64,000 nucleotides of DNA, taken from the NCBI GenBank assembly GCA_033723415.1, contig JAWVXD010000001.1:64001-128000 (forward strand), given 5' to 3'. A model generated the notes under the pieces. It did no database searches. It was not told where the DNA came from and was given only the letters and a program-made list of their open reading frames with translations. Both the position numbers and the translations under genes were made by a program. The DNA is from Sulfurospirillaceae bacterium. GTDB lineage: Bacteria > Campylobacterota > Campylobacteria > Campylobacterales > Sulfurospirillaceae. Of the stretch, positions 1 to 9,733 are shown piece by piece; the first letter of the stretch is position 1; the number at the start of each line of letters is the position of its first letter.

Positions 1-1226
1 TATTTTATAATATCTGAAATCGGATATATATGGCTTATGGGTTCAACCATAATGCTCCCGATCAGCGGGTGTTCTTTAATCAGATCCATATCTTTATTTC
101 CAAGTTCACTTTTATCTAAAATTGCTAGAAGGTCGCCTATGATACCTATATCATGTAAGTGCGCACCCAAAGAGATCGTATCTATTTCATGTTCTGATAA
201 AAATAGTGATTTTGCCACTTCAACCGATATAGTCTGCACTATCAAAGAGTGGTTTTTATAATATTTATTTTCTAATTCTACCGCTTCATTAGTAAAATTT
301 AAAAGTTTGAGATAGTTTTGTACCATTTCACTGTTTTTATCAATATTTACTAAAAATGCGCCTGCCATATCTAAAAAAGAACCGACTTGTGTTGTTTGTC
401 CGGCATCTAGCGGTTTTTGATTATAATATTCAAGTTTATATGGTGAATTCCTTATATAAAATACTTTTTGCAATTTTGTATTTTTATTTGGATCATATTC
501 AAAAATCAATTCATCATCTTTTGTCAGTAGTTTTGCATTTTCTGCTTTAGTCACTTTGATGATGAGAGCTATAAAAAATTTAAAGAACTGATATTTGTCC
601 ATTTGTAATTTCATCAAAGATATAGAGGTGTCTTTACTGATGTTTAGAAGAGCCTCTCCTCCCTTAGATTTGAAATACGATGAGATCTTTTCATAATAAC
701 CCAACATCACGCTGATATGCCCATGATATATCTTCGTATCAAAATCGTTTAAAGTAAAATATATGATTAAGTTTTTTTCACTTTGACTTATAAAATATTT
801 TATAAGAAAATTACCGCTTTTTTTAAATCTTTTTAAATCTTTTTTACCAATTCTAAGTGGTGCCGCAACCTTTTTGTTATCTGTTACATTTGATTCAAGG
901 AGAATGTATGTTTCTCCTCTTAGTTCATATAAAGCACCATATGTAGCTTTGAGAAGTTTTGAACTCTTAAGTAAGAAAATTTCAGCCTCTTTTATGTCTT
1001 TTTTCAAGCTAAATTCTTGTAAAAATTTGTCAAATTCCTGAAATATGAATTGTAATTTGATGTTTTTTCTAAAAGTTCTAATACTGATGAGAAACAATAT
1101 CAAAGCAATGATAAGAAAAATCCACCAGAACTGACTCAAAAATTCATTTATTTGAATTACATTTGATACCACTATATCAGGTAAAACATAATTAAAATAG
1201 TACCTGCTTTGCTCAAAAATAGTCAT
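1..1226 (-). CDS. HD-GYP-type HD-domain protein with N-terminal TM segment; partial, 3' end runs off the window; not in the ORF track
   Basis: Hand translation from ATG at 1226 (ATGA overlap with the stop of 1223..3391) stays open to base 1: MTIFEQSRYYF...QFWWIFLIIALILFLISI (TM)...KNHSLIVQTISVEVAKSLFLSEHEIDTISLGAHLHDIGIIG...LIKEHPLIGSIMVEPISHIYPISDIIK. H...HDIG...HP..G spacing is typical of HD-GYP domains; the GYP motif itself lies beyond the window. Confidence 0.8.
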   Translation of the reverse strand, partial: MTIFEQSRYYFNYVLPDIVVSNVIQINEFLSQFWWIFLIIALILFLISIRTFRKNIKLQFIFQEFDKFLQEFSLKKDIKEAEIFLLKSSKLLKATYGALYELRGETYILLESNVTDNKKVAAPLRIGKKDLKRFKKSGNFLIKYFISQSEKNLIIYFTLNDFDTKIYHGHISVMLGYYEKISSYFKSKGGEALLNISKDTSISLMKLQMDKYQFFKFFIALIIKVTKAENAKLLTKDDELIFEYDPNKNTKLQKVFYIRNSPYKLEYYNQKPLDAGQTTQVGSFLDMAGAFLVNIDKNSEMVQNYLKLLNFTNEAVELENKYYKNHSLIVQTISVEVAKSLFLSEHEIDTISLGAHLHDIGIIGDLLAILDKSELGNKDMDLIKEHPLIGSIMVEPISHIYPISDIIK

Positions 1227-3391
1227 TTTTTTGCCTCTTCTCTAAGATGGTCTATATATCTAGTGTTGTCTATTTCGTACACGGTTGTTGTTTTTGTTTT
1301 GGAGTATATCTTTATATTATCATGATTCATACTATATATTGCAACCCAGCTTTTTAAATTATCTTGTATTTTAGCTCTCCAACGATAAAACCACTCATTC
1401 ATACCTCTGTATGGATTAGGATAGTTTTCAATGAAGATGTATATCTTTGGGGTAGGTATTGTCAGATATTTATTACCAGGGGGATATCTAAAAAGAAAGT
1501 TCTGAGTATTGACATGATATCCTTTGTTTCTGACTTTTGCATATTCTTGAATATAAGAAACGACTGTCCAGGTAAAAGGTCTGTTTTCTTTATTGATCTG
1601 CAAAATTAATTCCGGTATGGATGTGTATTCTACCTCGTTGATATTTTTCCAAAAAGCAGTTGTATTTATCCATTTTGGAAGAGTTAAAGCAAAAATTATA
1701 AAGATAGCATAGCAAACGCTTATGACTATTGTTCTGGCAAATTTTTTAAATATTAAAAAAGCAGGTTTGTAAAAAAAATAAAAAAAATAAAACGAGAAGA
1801 GAAGTGTCACCGCAAAAAACATATACTCTGCCAATCTACCTTGACTGGTAAGCAGAGGCAGTCCCATATTTGGACCAAAATATATTAAATAAATTCCTGT
1901 GACGATCAATAAAAAAGAAGTATTGACAAATTTTCTTTGAGTGAAAAAAGAGAATAAAAATGCAACAAACAACATGATAAACAGAGTAATATGAATCTTT
2001 GTTATATTAACTATAGAAACTGTACTAAAACCAGCATCTGCAATATTGTTTACATTTTGTTTTGTGCCTAGAAGTTTATCAAAAATTGGAGCAGCAGCAC
2101 CAAAATCTTGAGGAATACCGTATTTTATCATGGAAAGTATCCACATATTTCCAAGTATGGCAGCAAGTATAATGAGAACAATGGATTTTTTAAATAATGC
2201 CCAATCTACTTTTCTAAAAAGAAAAGCATTGATGGCAATCAATATACTTATTATAATTAAGACTATAGCCCCACCGCCGTGAAATACAAAAACTAACATC
2301 AAAGTAAGTGCATATGGTATTAAATACCTATTTAAACGTGTTTCTAATGTTTTTATTAAAAAGTATGCATTTAGTAGAACAAAGACTGAAGAATGTTCGT
2401 ATGCCATGCCGGATATATATCTAATATATGCATTGTATCCTTCAAAGTGACCATTTGAGATGATTTCTGTAATTTTGGGTATATAAAATTTTAAACCGTA
2501 CAGATTCACTAAAACAGGAGAAGATGTGGAGATAATTCTACCAAGAAAAATATTTGAAAGAGGGCTCATAAAAATCATGCCGTGAATCATGACGGCAAAC
2601 AATGCAATGTATTTAGAATTTGTAAAATCTTTGGCAACGTAATAAATAGAAAAATAAAGAGCTAAAAGTAAAAGGATTGGATAAAGACTAAATAGGATCA
2701 TTTGGTCAATATTCGTAAAGATATTGACAAAAAATATCATTATAGATATGCCGTAAAAATCTGCTCCAAAAGTTTTGTGATCAGCATATAGTATATTTTG
2801 TTGTAAGCTAGCTACCCAGGATATAAATTGTGAGGTATCAGGTACAGGATCACCATAACTTAGAAGCCCTCTGGCGATCAGAACCGCTATAATATAAAAA
2901 AAAATACTAAAAGACAAAAGTTGCTTCATTATGCTATAAAAAGTTATTGATTGTTGAAAATGAACGAATTTTGTATGAATATAATTTTTGCCTGCTTCTT
3001 TTACGTCATTAGGTTTGTCTAGTAAATCCAAAAACCAAAGCATAGTGTTGATTCTTAAATTGTTTAGATACTCTATGACATTCCTTTTATAAAACCATTT
3101 CATAAAAGCGAGTTTTGTAGCAATGAGTACAAGAATAAATAAAAAAAGGCTAAAAACTTTGATAAAAATTAAAAAAGTGACGACTACTTCAACATAAGCA
3201 ACCATATAAATAAAGTTGAAAACAACTTTTTGCATACCTCTCCCGGTATATTCTTGAGGAAAAATTTTTGACGGTAACCAATAAAACATTACATATGAAA
3301 CCATCAATAATCTAGCAAGATACCAAATATTTTTTGAAAATATTTGGTATATGATATGCAGATCAATAAAATATACATCTTGAGGAAGCAC
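1223..3391 (-). CDS. Large polytopic membrane protein with soluble C-terminal domain (possible GT-C-fold glycan transferase/modifier)
   Basis: 722 aa, many hydrophobic helices, acidic loop YGDPVPDTSQF after a TM helix, ~140-aa hydrophilic C-terminus; lies inside the pel-like operon. Function is inference. Confidence 0.5.
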   Translation of the reverse strand: MLPQDVYFIDLHIIYQIFSKNIWYLARLLMVSYVMFYWLPSKIFPQEYTGRGMQKVVFNFIYMVAYVEVVVTFLIFIKVFSLFLFILVLIATKLAFMKWFYKRNVIEYLNNLRINTMLWFLDLLDKPNDVKEAGKNYIHTKFVHFQQSITFYSIMKQLLSFSIFFYIIAVLIARGLLSYGDPVPDTSQFISWVASLQQNILYADHKTFGADFYGISIMIFFVNIFTNIDQMILFSLYPILLLLALYFSIYYVAKDFTNSKYIALFAVMIHGMIFMSPLSNIFLGRIISTSSPVLVNLYGLKFYIPKITEIISNGHFEGYNAYIRYISGMAYEHSSVFVLLNAYFLIKTLETRLNRYLIPYALTLMLVFVFHGGGAIVLIIISILIAINAFLFRKVDWALFKKSIVLIILAAILGNMWILSMIKYGIPQDFGAAAPIFDKLLGTKQNVNNIADAGFSTVSIVNITKIHITLFIMLFVAFLFSFFTQRKFVNTSFLLIVTGIYLIYFGPNMGLPLLTSQGRLAEYMFFAVTLLFSFYFFYFFYKPAFLIFKKFARTIVISVCYAIFIIFALTLPKWINTTAFWKNINEVEYTSIPELILQINKENRPFTWTVVSYIQEYAKVRNKGYHVNTQNFLFRYPPGNKYLTIPTPKIYIFIENYPNPYRGMNEWFYRWRAKIQDNLKSWVAIYSMNHDNIKIYSKTKTTTVYEIDNTRYIDHLREEAKK

Positions 3392-3396
3392 TAGAA

Positions 3397-4704
3397 TTAC
3401 CTTTTAATAATTATAAAGTCGACTCTTCTGTTCTGAGCTCTTCCTTCTGCGGTTGTATTGGTGGCAATTGGTCTATCTTCTCCATAACCGTGTATTGTCA
3501 TCCTATCTTTAGAAATTCCCATTTCTATCAATGCATTCTTAACTGCATTTGCTCTATTACGGGACAAAATGTAATTATATTTTTGTGTGCCAATACTGTC
3601 TGTATGACCTAAAATTTCAATATTGACATTTGTATGAGTTTGTAAATATCTTGCTATTGGTTTTATAAGCTCAACACTGTGAGGTAATAATTTGTATGAG
3701 TTAAATGCAAAATGTAGATTGTGCAAGGTTAAAACCAAATTATTATCAAATTTTTCTTTTACTATCTGATAATTGACTTTTGAGTTCAGATACATTTTGT
3801 TAAGAAGAAAAAATACTAATTTCCATCTCAATAATTCTCCATCATACCTTTTGTCTTGAAATTCAAAAGGTCTAAGAAATACAACCCCTCCTTTACCGTA
3901 TCTAATGAAAGAGACGAGAGGTTTGCCTCTTTGTGACTCTAGCAGATAATTTCCTGTCGGCATAAAATCAGCAGAAAGAAAATTCTTTGTAATGACTTGA
4001 AGATTTCTGATATCATTAAAATATGCAATCTTACTGTGGGTTTTATATGGGATCTTGAGCGGTTCATAATTTATAAAATCTATTTTTTTGCTTTTATAAA
4101 GATAAGTTCTAACCCTATGATCAAAGAAGGTTAAGTTACTGCTCTTAGCAATAATCTTTTTATTGATCGCTTTTGCGTCAATTTCTCCACTTTTTTTAAA
4201 GGTGTCATATCTTGTTGAGTAGATTCCGCCTTCTATCCACATGATGCCTCCCTCACCGATCCACCATTTTAAGATCTCTTGCTCTTTAGATGAGAGATTA
4301 TAACTGTATCCTATATTTTCAAACAAGTCATTTGATACACGTTTGAACTCATTTGCCCACGTTGGCAGAACATAGATGAAATCTTCTAAGAAAGGGTTGG
4401 TTCTAAGTTTCCAAAAATCTACATCTTTTAATGGAGCAAATTTATATCTATAGTCGATCTTACTATAAAATTGGTCAGAAAATTTCCCATTGAAATCTAA
4501 AATCGGCTTATAAGATATAAATGGAAAATCTTTTAAGAGAATCCTTCCATTGTTGACTTTCGGCCAAATATTATCAACCGAGACGTCATACACCTCTACC
4601 GACTCCGGAGAGAGTATCTTCTTATCTAATGAGATGTCACTTTTAGTGGCACATCCGCTCATAAATAATAAAATACCGATTAAGCTCAAAACATAACTTT
4701 TCAT
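3397..4704 (-). CDS. OmpA-family peptidoglycan-binding lipoprotein with large N-terminal domain
   Basis: Lipobox LFMSG-C; C-terminal OmpA motifs GHTDSIG..YNYILSRNRANAV and GYGEDRPIATNTTAEGRAQNRRVDF. Confidence 0.85.
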   Translation of the reverse strand: MKSYVLSLIGILLFMSGCATKSDISLDKKILSPESVEVYDVSVDNIWPKVNNGRILLKDFPFISYKPILDFNGKFSDQFYSKIDYRYKFAPLKDVDFWKLRTNPFLEDFIYVLPTWANEFKRVSNDLFENIGYSYNLSSKEQEILKWWIGEGGIMWIEGGIYSTRYDTFKKSGEIDAKAINKKIIAKSSNLTFFDHRVRTYLYKSKKIDFINYEPLKIPYKTHSKIAYFNDIRNLQVITKNFLSADFMPTGNYLLESQRGKPLVSFIRYGKGGVVFLRPFEFQDKRYDGELLRWKLVFFLLNKMYLNSKVNYQIVKEKFDNNLVLTLHNLHFAFNSYKLLPHSVELIKPIARYLQTHTNVNIEILGHTDSIGTQKYNYILSRNRANAVKNALIEMGISKDRMTIHGYGEDRPIATNTTAEGRAQNRRVDFIIIKR

Positions 4705-4716
4705 AATAATCCTTTC

Positions 4717-6297
4717 TTAAAACGACGAGTAATAGTAAAACTCTAATTTTTTAAACATATTTGTTGCATAATTAAAACTGAAAGCCCAAAACACAATGCT
4801 ACCTATCAGTAAACCAAAAACTGCATATTCCAATCCAAGCATCCTACTTAAAATCATGCCAAATAGTATATTTATAAATGTTGCAATAACTATAGATTTT
4901 ACTGAGAAATTTTGTCTAGAAAATGAAAAAATGAAAAGAACATTCATCAGTCCATTGACTAAAAAAGCATATGAGAAAGCAGCAATCCAAAATACAAAAG
5001 GAGTGTATCCTTTTAAAAAATTTTCTATATAAACAAATCCGGTTATTTTATACATGATACTGATAAATAAGTATGTTGCTATGATGATGATCACTGAAAA
5101 AATTGCATAAAAAATATTAAATTTTTTGAAAAATGAATATACTTGATCATTAAATCTTTCATAATGTTTGTATTCATATTTTAACACCATATCATTTATA
5201 CGATACATGAATTCGTGTATACTTATCTCTGTTAAACCCATCAGTAAAACAAGTGCTACCAATGCCCAGTCAAGCCCCAATTCATAAGGAACATCAAACC
5301 AGATAAAATACGGTCTAGCGGCAACATTGGTACTCCATGCCACCATCCTATCCGTAACTAAAAATACGAAATACAAAAAACCATAAAGATAAAATGGAAT
5401 TAGAGAATAAAAAAGTATAGAAGCTCTAGGAGTTCCTTCTCCCTCTGAAATTGAATTGTTTTTCTTCAATCCGCTTACTTTTACGTAAGAAAAAATAGAT
5501 AAAATAATATCCAGAACCACTAAAGCTACAAATTGAGCCTCCGGTAGTGAAATTTTAAAAATACTATGTGATATATAGACCAAAACAATACCTAAGAGGA
5601 TAAAATATAATATTTTTGTATATTCTTCAAACATATAATATATGGAAATATTTAAAAAAAGAAAAGATAAGAGGAAATAAAAAGAGATCAATATAAAAAA
5701 ATAATAAGTGGGCAAAATTTGAAAGAAAGAATTAAATATAATTAAAATCAAACCGGCTGCAAGAATCAAAACAAGCCCTACAAAAAAGAGTATTTTTGTT
5801 ACATTAGAGGCCAGTATCAGTTCATTTTGTTTTAAATAAAAAAGTCCTTTTCTTCCTATAGCTTGTGCAGAAGCTCCAGTAACTATCAAGGCAAAAAATG
5901 TACCTAAAGCAATGACGGTGGCTTTTGTTTTATCAAGTTCAATTCCAGACCAGAGTGCATATCCTATTGATAGAGTAAAAAAGATTTGCACGAACATCGG
6001 CATAGCAAATGCAAGTCCTCTAATATAGTTTTTAAAAATCCTTGTCCAAAATGGTGGAACTTTTTCCCATTGAATGAGGGATTTTACCGGATAATCTTTA
6101 GTGCTTTTGTATTTAATCATCTCATCTGCCATTTCAAAAACACTGTCAAAGCCATACTCTTTTTGCGCATCAATATCTCTAATGCCATAAATTTCTAAAA
6201 GTGCTGCTACTTCCCATGAATCAAGAGGTTTTCCTCGATTTTCAGTAATTTTATCATATAGAGAGATTAGATTGTTACTGTCGAGACTTGCTTCCAC
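4717..6297 (-). CDS. pelG: PelG-like exopolysaccharide export/polymerisation membrane protein
   Basis: 526 aa, ~12 TM helices, ends KLEFYYYSSF, N-terminal WEVAALLEIYGIRDIDA segment; overlaps and follows a PelF-type glycosyltransferase. Confidence 0.65.
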   Translation of the reverse strand: MEASLDSNNLISLYDKITENRGKPLDSWEVAALLEIYGIRDIDAQKEYGFDSVFEMADEMIKYKSTKDYPVKSLIQWEKVPPFWTRIFKNYIRGLAFAMPMFVQIFFTLSIGYALWSGIELDKTKATVIALGTFFALIVTGASAQAIGRKGLFYLKQNELILASNVTKILFFVGLVLILAAGLILIIFNSFFQILPTYYFFILISFYFLLSFLFLNISIYYMFEEYTKILYFILLGIVLVYISHSIFKISLPEAQFVALVVLDIILSIFSYVKVSGLKKNNSISEGEGTPRASILFYSLIPFYLYGFLYFVFLVTDRMVAWSTNVAARPYFIWFDVPYELGLDWALVALVLLMGLTEISIHEFMYRINDMVLKYEYKHYERFNDQVYSFFKKFNIFYAIFSVIIIIATYLFISIMYKITGFVYIENFLKGYTPFVFWIAAFSYAFLVNGLMNVLFIFSFSRQNFSVKSIVIATFINILFGMILSRMLGLEYAVFGLLIGSIVFWAFSFNYATNMFKKLEFYYYSSF

Positions 6298-7784
6298 TCT
6301 GCTTCCTTTTCTTCCATATATTCATTGTATAGATTTTTGTACACTTTGCTGTAGTTATCCACTATATCTTCTGTTGTAAAGCCATTGAGTATTGATTCTC
6401 TAGCATCCATTCCCATACTCCTGGCAATATCAGGATTTTTTAATACATAGATTACTTTATCTGCGAATTCTGCGTAGTCTTTTGGTTTAACAACATAACC
6501 AAATCCTTCTAGCACTTCTTTTGTGCCGCCTACATCTGAAGAGATTACTACTTTTTCACAGGCCATAGCCTCAATAACTACGAAAGGAAAAGCTTCTGAA
6601 ATACTTGTAAGCATGACAACATCACTTTCATTATAGGCAGTTTGTGGACTATCTGTTCTTCCTGCAAAGATAAAATTTTCTTCAATATTTAACTCTTTTG
6701 CTAAATCCTGACAAAAATGAAAATATTTCTCATCAACAACAGGACCATAAAGTTTAAATAATACATTTGGTATGACTTCTGCAACAAGTTTGGCTGTTTT
6801 TATAAAAGTTTCGATGTCTTTTAGCGGATCTATCCTTGCTACCATGACTACAGTCGGTCGATCTTCATTTTTTGTGACATCAAACTGTCGATATACATTT
6901 GTATCAATACCATTGTAAATCGTATGAATTTTCCGTTCATCCGTTCCCCATCTCTTCTCCCATCTAGCATTGTAATTGCATACAGGAGAAACAATGTCGG
7001 CAAAATGAAAATTGAGTTTTGAAACGAGGGTGATAAGTCCCATCAAAAACTCTTTTGTACGATATGGCATTTGGTTTCTTGAAGCTGCTAAGTATTGCTC
7101 TCTGATATAAACTCCATGTTCAGTCAGCAAAAATTTGCTACCATATTTTTTTTTTGCGATAATACAAGAAAGACCGCAAAAAGCTGCTGCCGAAGAGTGG
7201 TAGATCTGAGCTTCAGGCAGTGTTGGAATCATAGAGATGAAAAATCTATATAGATATCTAAGACCTTCGATCATGTCAAAAACAGTAGGTATATCATCTT
7301 TCTCATCTTTGTAATGATTCAATATATAATTCTTATAAATCTCCCAAAGTTCTACACTTCTAAAAGTTTCATAGTAATCATAGATTTGGAAATATTCATA
7401 AAATTGCAGAAGAGAATCACCCATAGCATCTAAATCTTCTTTTTTCCTAAAGATATGATCCAATATTAGGATGATGACAGGTTCCAATGTTTTTATCTCA
7501 TTGGTCATTTGAGTCTTTATTTTTGATGCATATATTCTTGAAAACTCAAATTGTTTGATATACTCAACAGGCTCTTCCGTACCCCATAATGGAACATTTA
7601 TGATTTCAACAACATTAGGCGGTATATCAAATTTGAGTTTTATATAAGGATGCATCTGGATCGGTATAAGAACAAAATCTATATTTTTCAGTTCATGCAT
7701 CAAAGTGTCAGCCCAAGTGCTAACTCCACCTATAGAATAAGGGTAGGTACCTTCGCCGGTCCAGACTACTTTAATTCTGCTCAT
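6267..7784 (-). CDS. pelF: GT4 family glycosyltransferase PelF (DUF3492-type N-terminus)
   Basis: EGTYPYSIGGVSTW N-terminal signature, LLTEHGVYIRE, ARIDPLKDIETFI, and GT4 E-x7-E motif SISEAFPFVVIEAMA. Confidence 0.85.
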   Translation of the reverse strand: MSRIKVVWTGEGTYPYSIGGVSTWADTLMHELKNIDFVLIPIQMHPYIKLKFDIPPNVVEIINVPLWGTEEPVEYIKQFEFSRIYASKIKTQMTNEIKTLEPVIILILDHIFRKKEDLDAMGDSLLQFYEYFQIYDYYETFRSVELWEIYKNYILNHYKDEKDDIPTVFDMIEGLRYLYRFFISMIPTLPEAQIYHSSAAAFCGLSCIIAKKKYGSKFLLTEHGVYIREQYLAASRNQMPYRTKEFLMGLITLVSKLNFHFADIVSPVCNYNARWEKRWGTDERKIHTIYNGIDTNVYRQFDVTKNEDRPTVVMVARIDPLKDIETFIKTAKLVAEVIPNVLFKLYGPVVDEKYFHFCQDLAKELNIEENFIFAGRTDSPQTAYNESDVVMLTSISEAFPFVVIEAMACEKVVISSDVGGTKEVLEGFGYVVKPKDYAEFADKVIYVLKNPDIARSMGMDARESILNGFTTEDIVDNYSKVYKNLYNEYMEEKEAEWKQVSTVTI

Positions 7785-9546
7785 AAAAATCTCTTTTCCC
7801 GACTAAAATGCTTAATATAGAAATTTCTTGCATATATCTTTGATCTATTTTAATAAATTGATCTTTGTACTCTAAAAATGTTTGGATCGAATCTGAGTAT
7901 TCTTTATATTTTGCTACGCCTTTTAAATATCTCTCTTTTGATATTTGCATTTTTTTTGATAACAATTTCAACTGCATATCCAATATATTTTTTTGTTGTT
8001 TTATTCTTAGGATTTCATTATATGATCTTTCTACTTGTATCAAAATATCTCGTTGTTTGCCAGAAAAAACTGCTTTTTGTTGTAAAACGGCGTACTGTTC
8101 TCGCTCTTTGTTCAAGCGAATGTCATCTCTGTTATATATAGGTAGTTTAAAATAAAGACCCAATTCCCAGTATGCACCGCTTCCTGGATTACTTAGATTG
8201 AAAACTCTATCTCTGCTTAAACCATATCCCAAGTATGATTCAAATCTTAATTCTGGATAGTATCTTCTTTTCTGAAAAAGTAGATCACTCTGTTTTACTT
8301 TTAAAATATTTGATTCTCTGGCTATATCACCGCTATTATGTATAGATTCTTTTTGTAGTAATGTAAGAGAGTCTAAATTGAGATCAATTTCTTCAGGAAT
8401 TAATTTATACGGTTTTTTGCTACGAGATTTTATACTGTGTCGCAAAATATAATCATTATGCATATATTGATATTTGAGATCTATGATAGTTCTCTCCAAA
8501 TTTAATAAGTCATTTTTAGAGTCAATATAATCTAAGATAGCAGTTTTACCTTTGTCATATCCATTTTTTATAATATCATAGATAAATTTTTGTTTTTCGT
8601 AAATATTTTTATATATCTTCAGCTCTTCTTGGGCTGAATACATATTAGAATATATTTGAGTGCCAAGTATTGCCAGTCTGTCTTTTGCATTTAGTTCTTC
8701 TATATCGGCTAATCTTTTATTAAGGATATCATACTCGTTATTTACAAGTTTATATCCTCCGTCATATAGGATTTTATTTGCATTTATCGCAATTCCTGTC
8801 CCTGTGTAGTCTCCGTTTACATTTGGAGCATTACCGCCTTGTGCCGCAATACTGGTACCGGTTGAAAGATACCCATCAACATATACATCAAAGTTATATC
8901 TATCCTTCCTTATGTCAGAAATGAGGTAATCTATTTTCTTCTGATAAAAGCTTTCTTGTGCCTGGTCATTAAAATCAAACAGAGTATGGATATATCTTTT
9001 GAAATTCAATATATCATAGGTTTGAGTTTGATCAGTTTTACTAAGTTTTGGTATCTCATAAGGTTCTAAAATCGAAGGTTCCGCTAACTTAGGAGTCTTA
9101 TTGATATTTGATACCTGAAGCGAGTTCAGCGGTAAGTTATATCTGCTTGATCCTAAAGACGGTTCATTTAGAGGGATTACAGGCGTAATTTGAGTTTTAT
9201 TAGGTATTGTGGTTATATCATTTGTGATTTTACCGGTAAGTGCTTTTGTTGTAGGAATATTTGCTTTTTTTTCAGGGTTACAATTAATTATAAATGCGTC
9301 ATGATAATATTTCTGTACTTGAGGAAGCATGTTATAGGCTTGTCTATAAGTGTCAAAAGGTTGTAATCTAAATGTATATAAACCATTATTTTTACTTATG
9401 ACTCCTGTGGGAAATCTTTTTAAAAAGATATTTTTGTCAGCAGGAAATACAACTTTTGTAGAAAAAGTAACAATACATGCCTTTTTCGCATCCACTATGG
9501 ATATAAATAATGCAATTATTAAAAAAAGTTTTATAAAGAATCTCAT
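7771..9546 (-). CDS. TolC-family outer membrane protein with N-terminal SPOR-like domain
   Basis: Signal peptide; GLYTFRLQPFDTYRQAYNML..YHDAFI resembles SPOR; Pro/Thr-rich linker; two OEP-type repeats (ANKILYDGG; RRYYPELRF..LYFKLPIYN; ERYLKGVAKYKEY). Confidence 0.7.
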   Translation of the reverse strand: MRFFIKLFLIIALFISIVDAKKACIVTFSTKVVFPADKNIFLKRFPTGVISKNNGLYTFRLQPFDTYRQAYNMLPQVQKYYHDAFIINCNPEKKANIPTTKALTGKITNDITTIPNKTQITPVIPLNEPSLGSSRYNLPLNSLQVSNINKTPKLAEPSILEPYEIPKLSKTDQTQTYDILNFKRYIHTLFDFNDQAQESFYQKKIDYLISDIRKDRYNFDVYVDGYLSTGTSIAAQGGNAPNVNGDYTGTGIAINANKILYDGGYKLVNNEYDILNKRLADIEELNAKDRLAILGTQIYSNMYSAQEELKIYKNIYEKQKFIYDIIKNGYDKGKTAILDYIDSKNDLLNLERTIIDLKYQYMHNDYILRHSIKSRSKKPYKLIPEEIDLNLDSLTLLQKESIHNSGDIARESNILKVKQSDLLFQKRRYYPELRFESYLGYGLSRDRVFNLSNPGSGAYWELGLYFKLPIYNRDDIRLNKEREQYAVLQQKAVFSGKQRDILIQVERSYNEILRIKQQKNILDMQLKLLSKKMQISKERYLKGVAKYKEYSDSIQTFLEYKDQFIKIDQRYMQEISILSILVGKRDFYEQN

Positions 9547-9733
9547 GAACGCCTATTACCTGCCACTTTTATATAAATATTGATTTGAAGTATAACATAA
9601 AAAGTTATTTTTTTATTGCTTTTTATTATTTTTTATTATTTTTGTTTCACGTATTTGCTAAGAACTCTACAATATACTTACATTAAACAAATTTTAGTTC
9701 GAAATTGTTATAATTTCAACGAGGAGTTTATAT

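Noticed and set aside
37..550. Two short plus-strand ORFs (37..261, 356..550)
   Set aside because: They are antisense to the long minus-strand HD-GYP-type frame 1..1226.
1770..1792. Poly-A runs as a phase-variation tract
   Set aside because: Interrupted runs encoding a Phe/Tyr-rich TM helix (FYFFYFFY); frame is intact, and Campylobacterota contingency tracts are typically poly-G/C.
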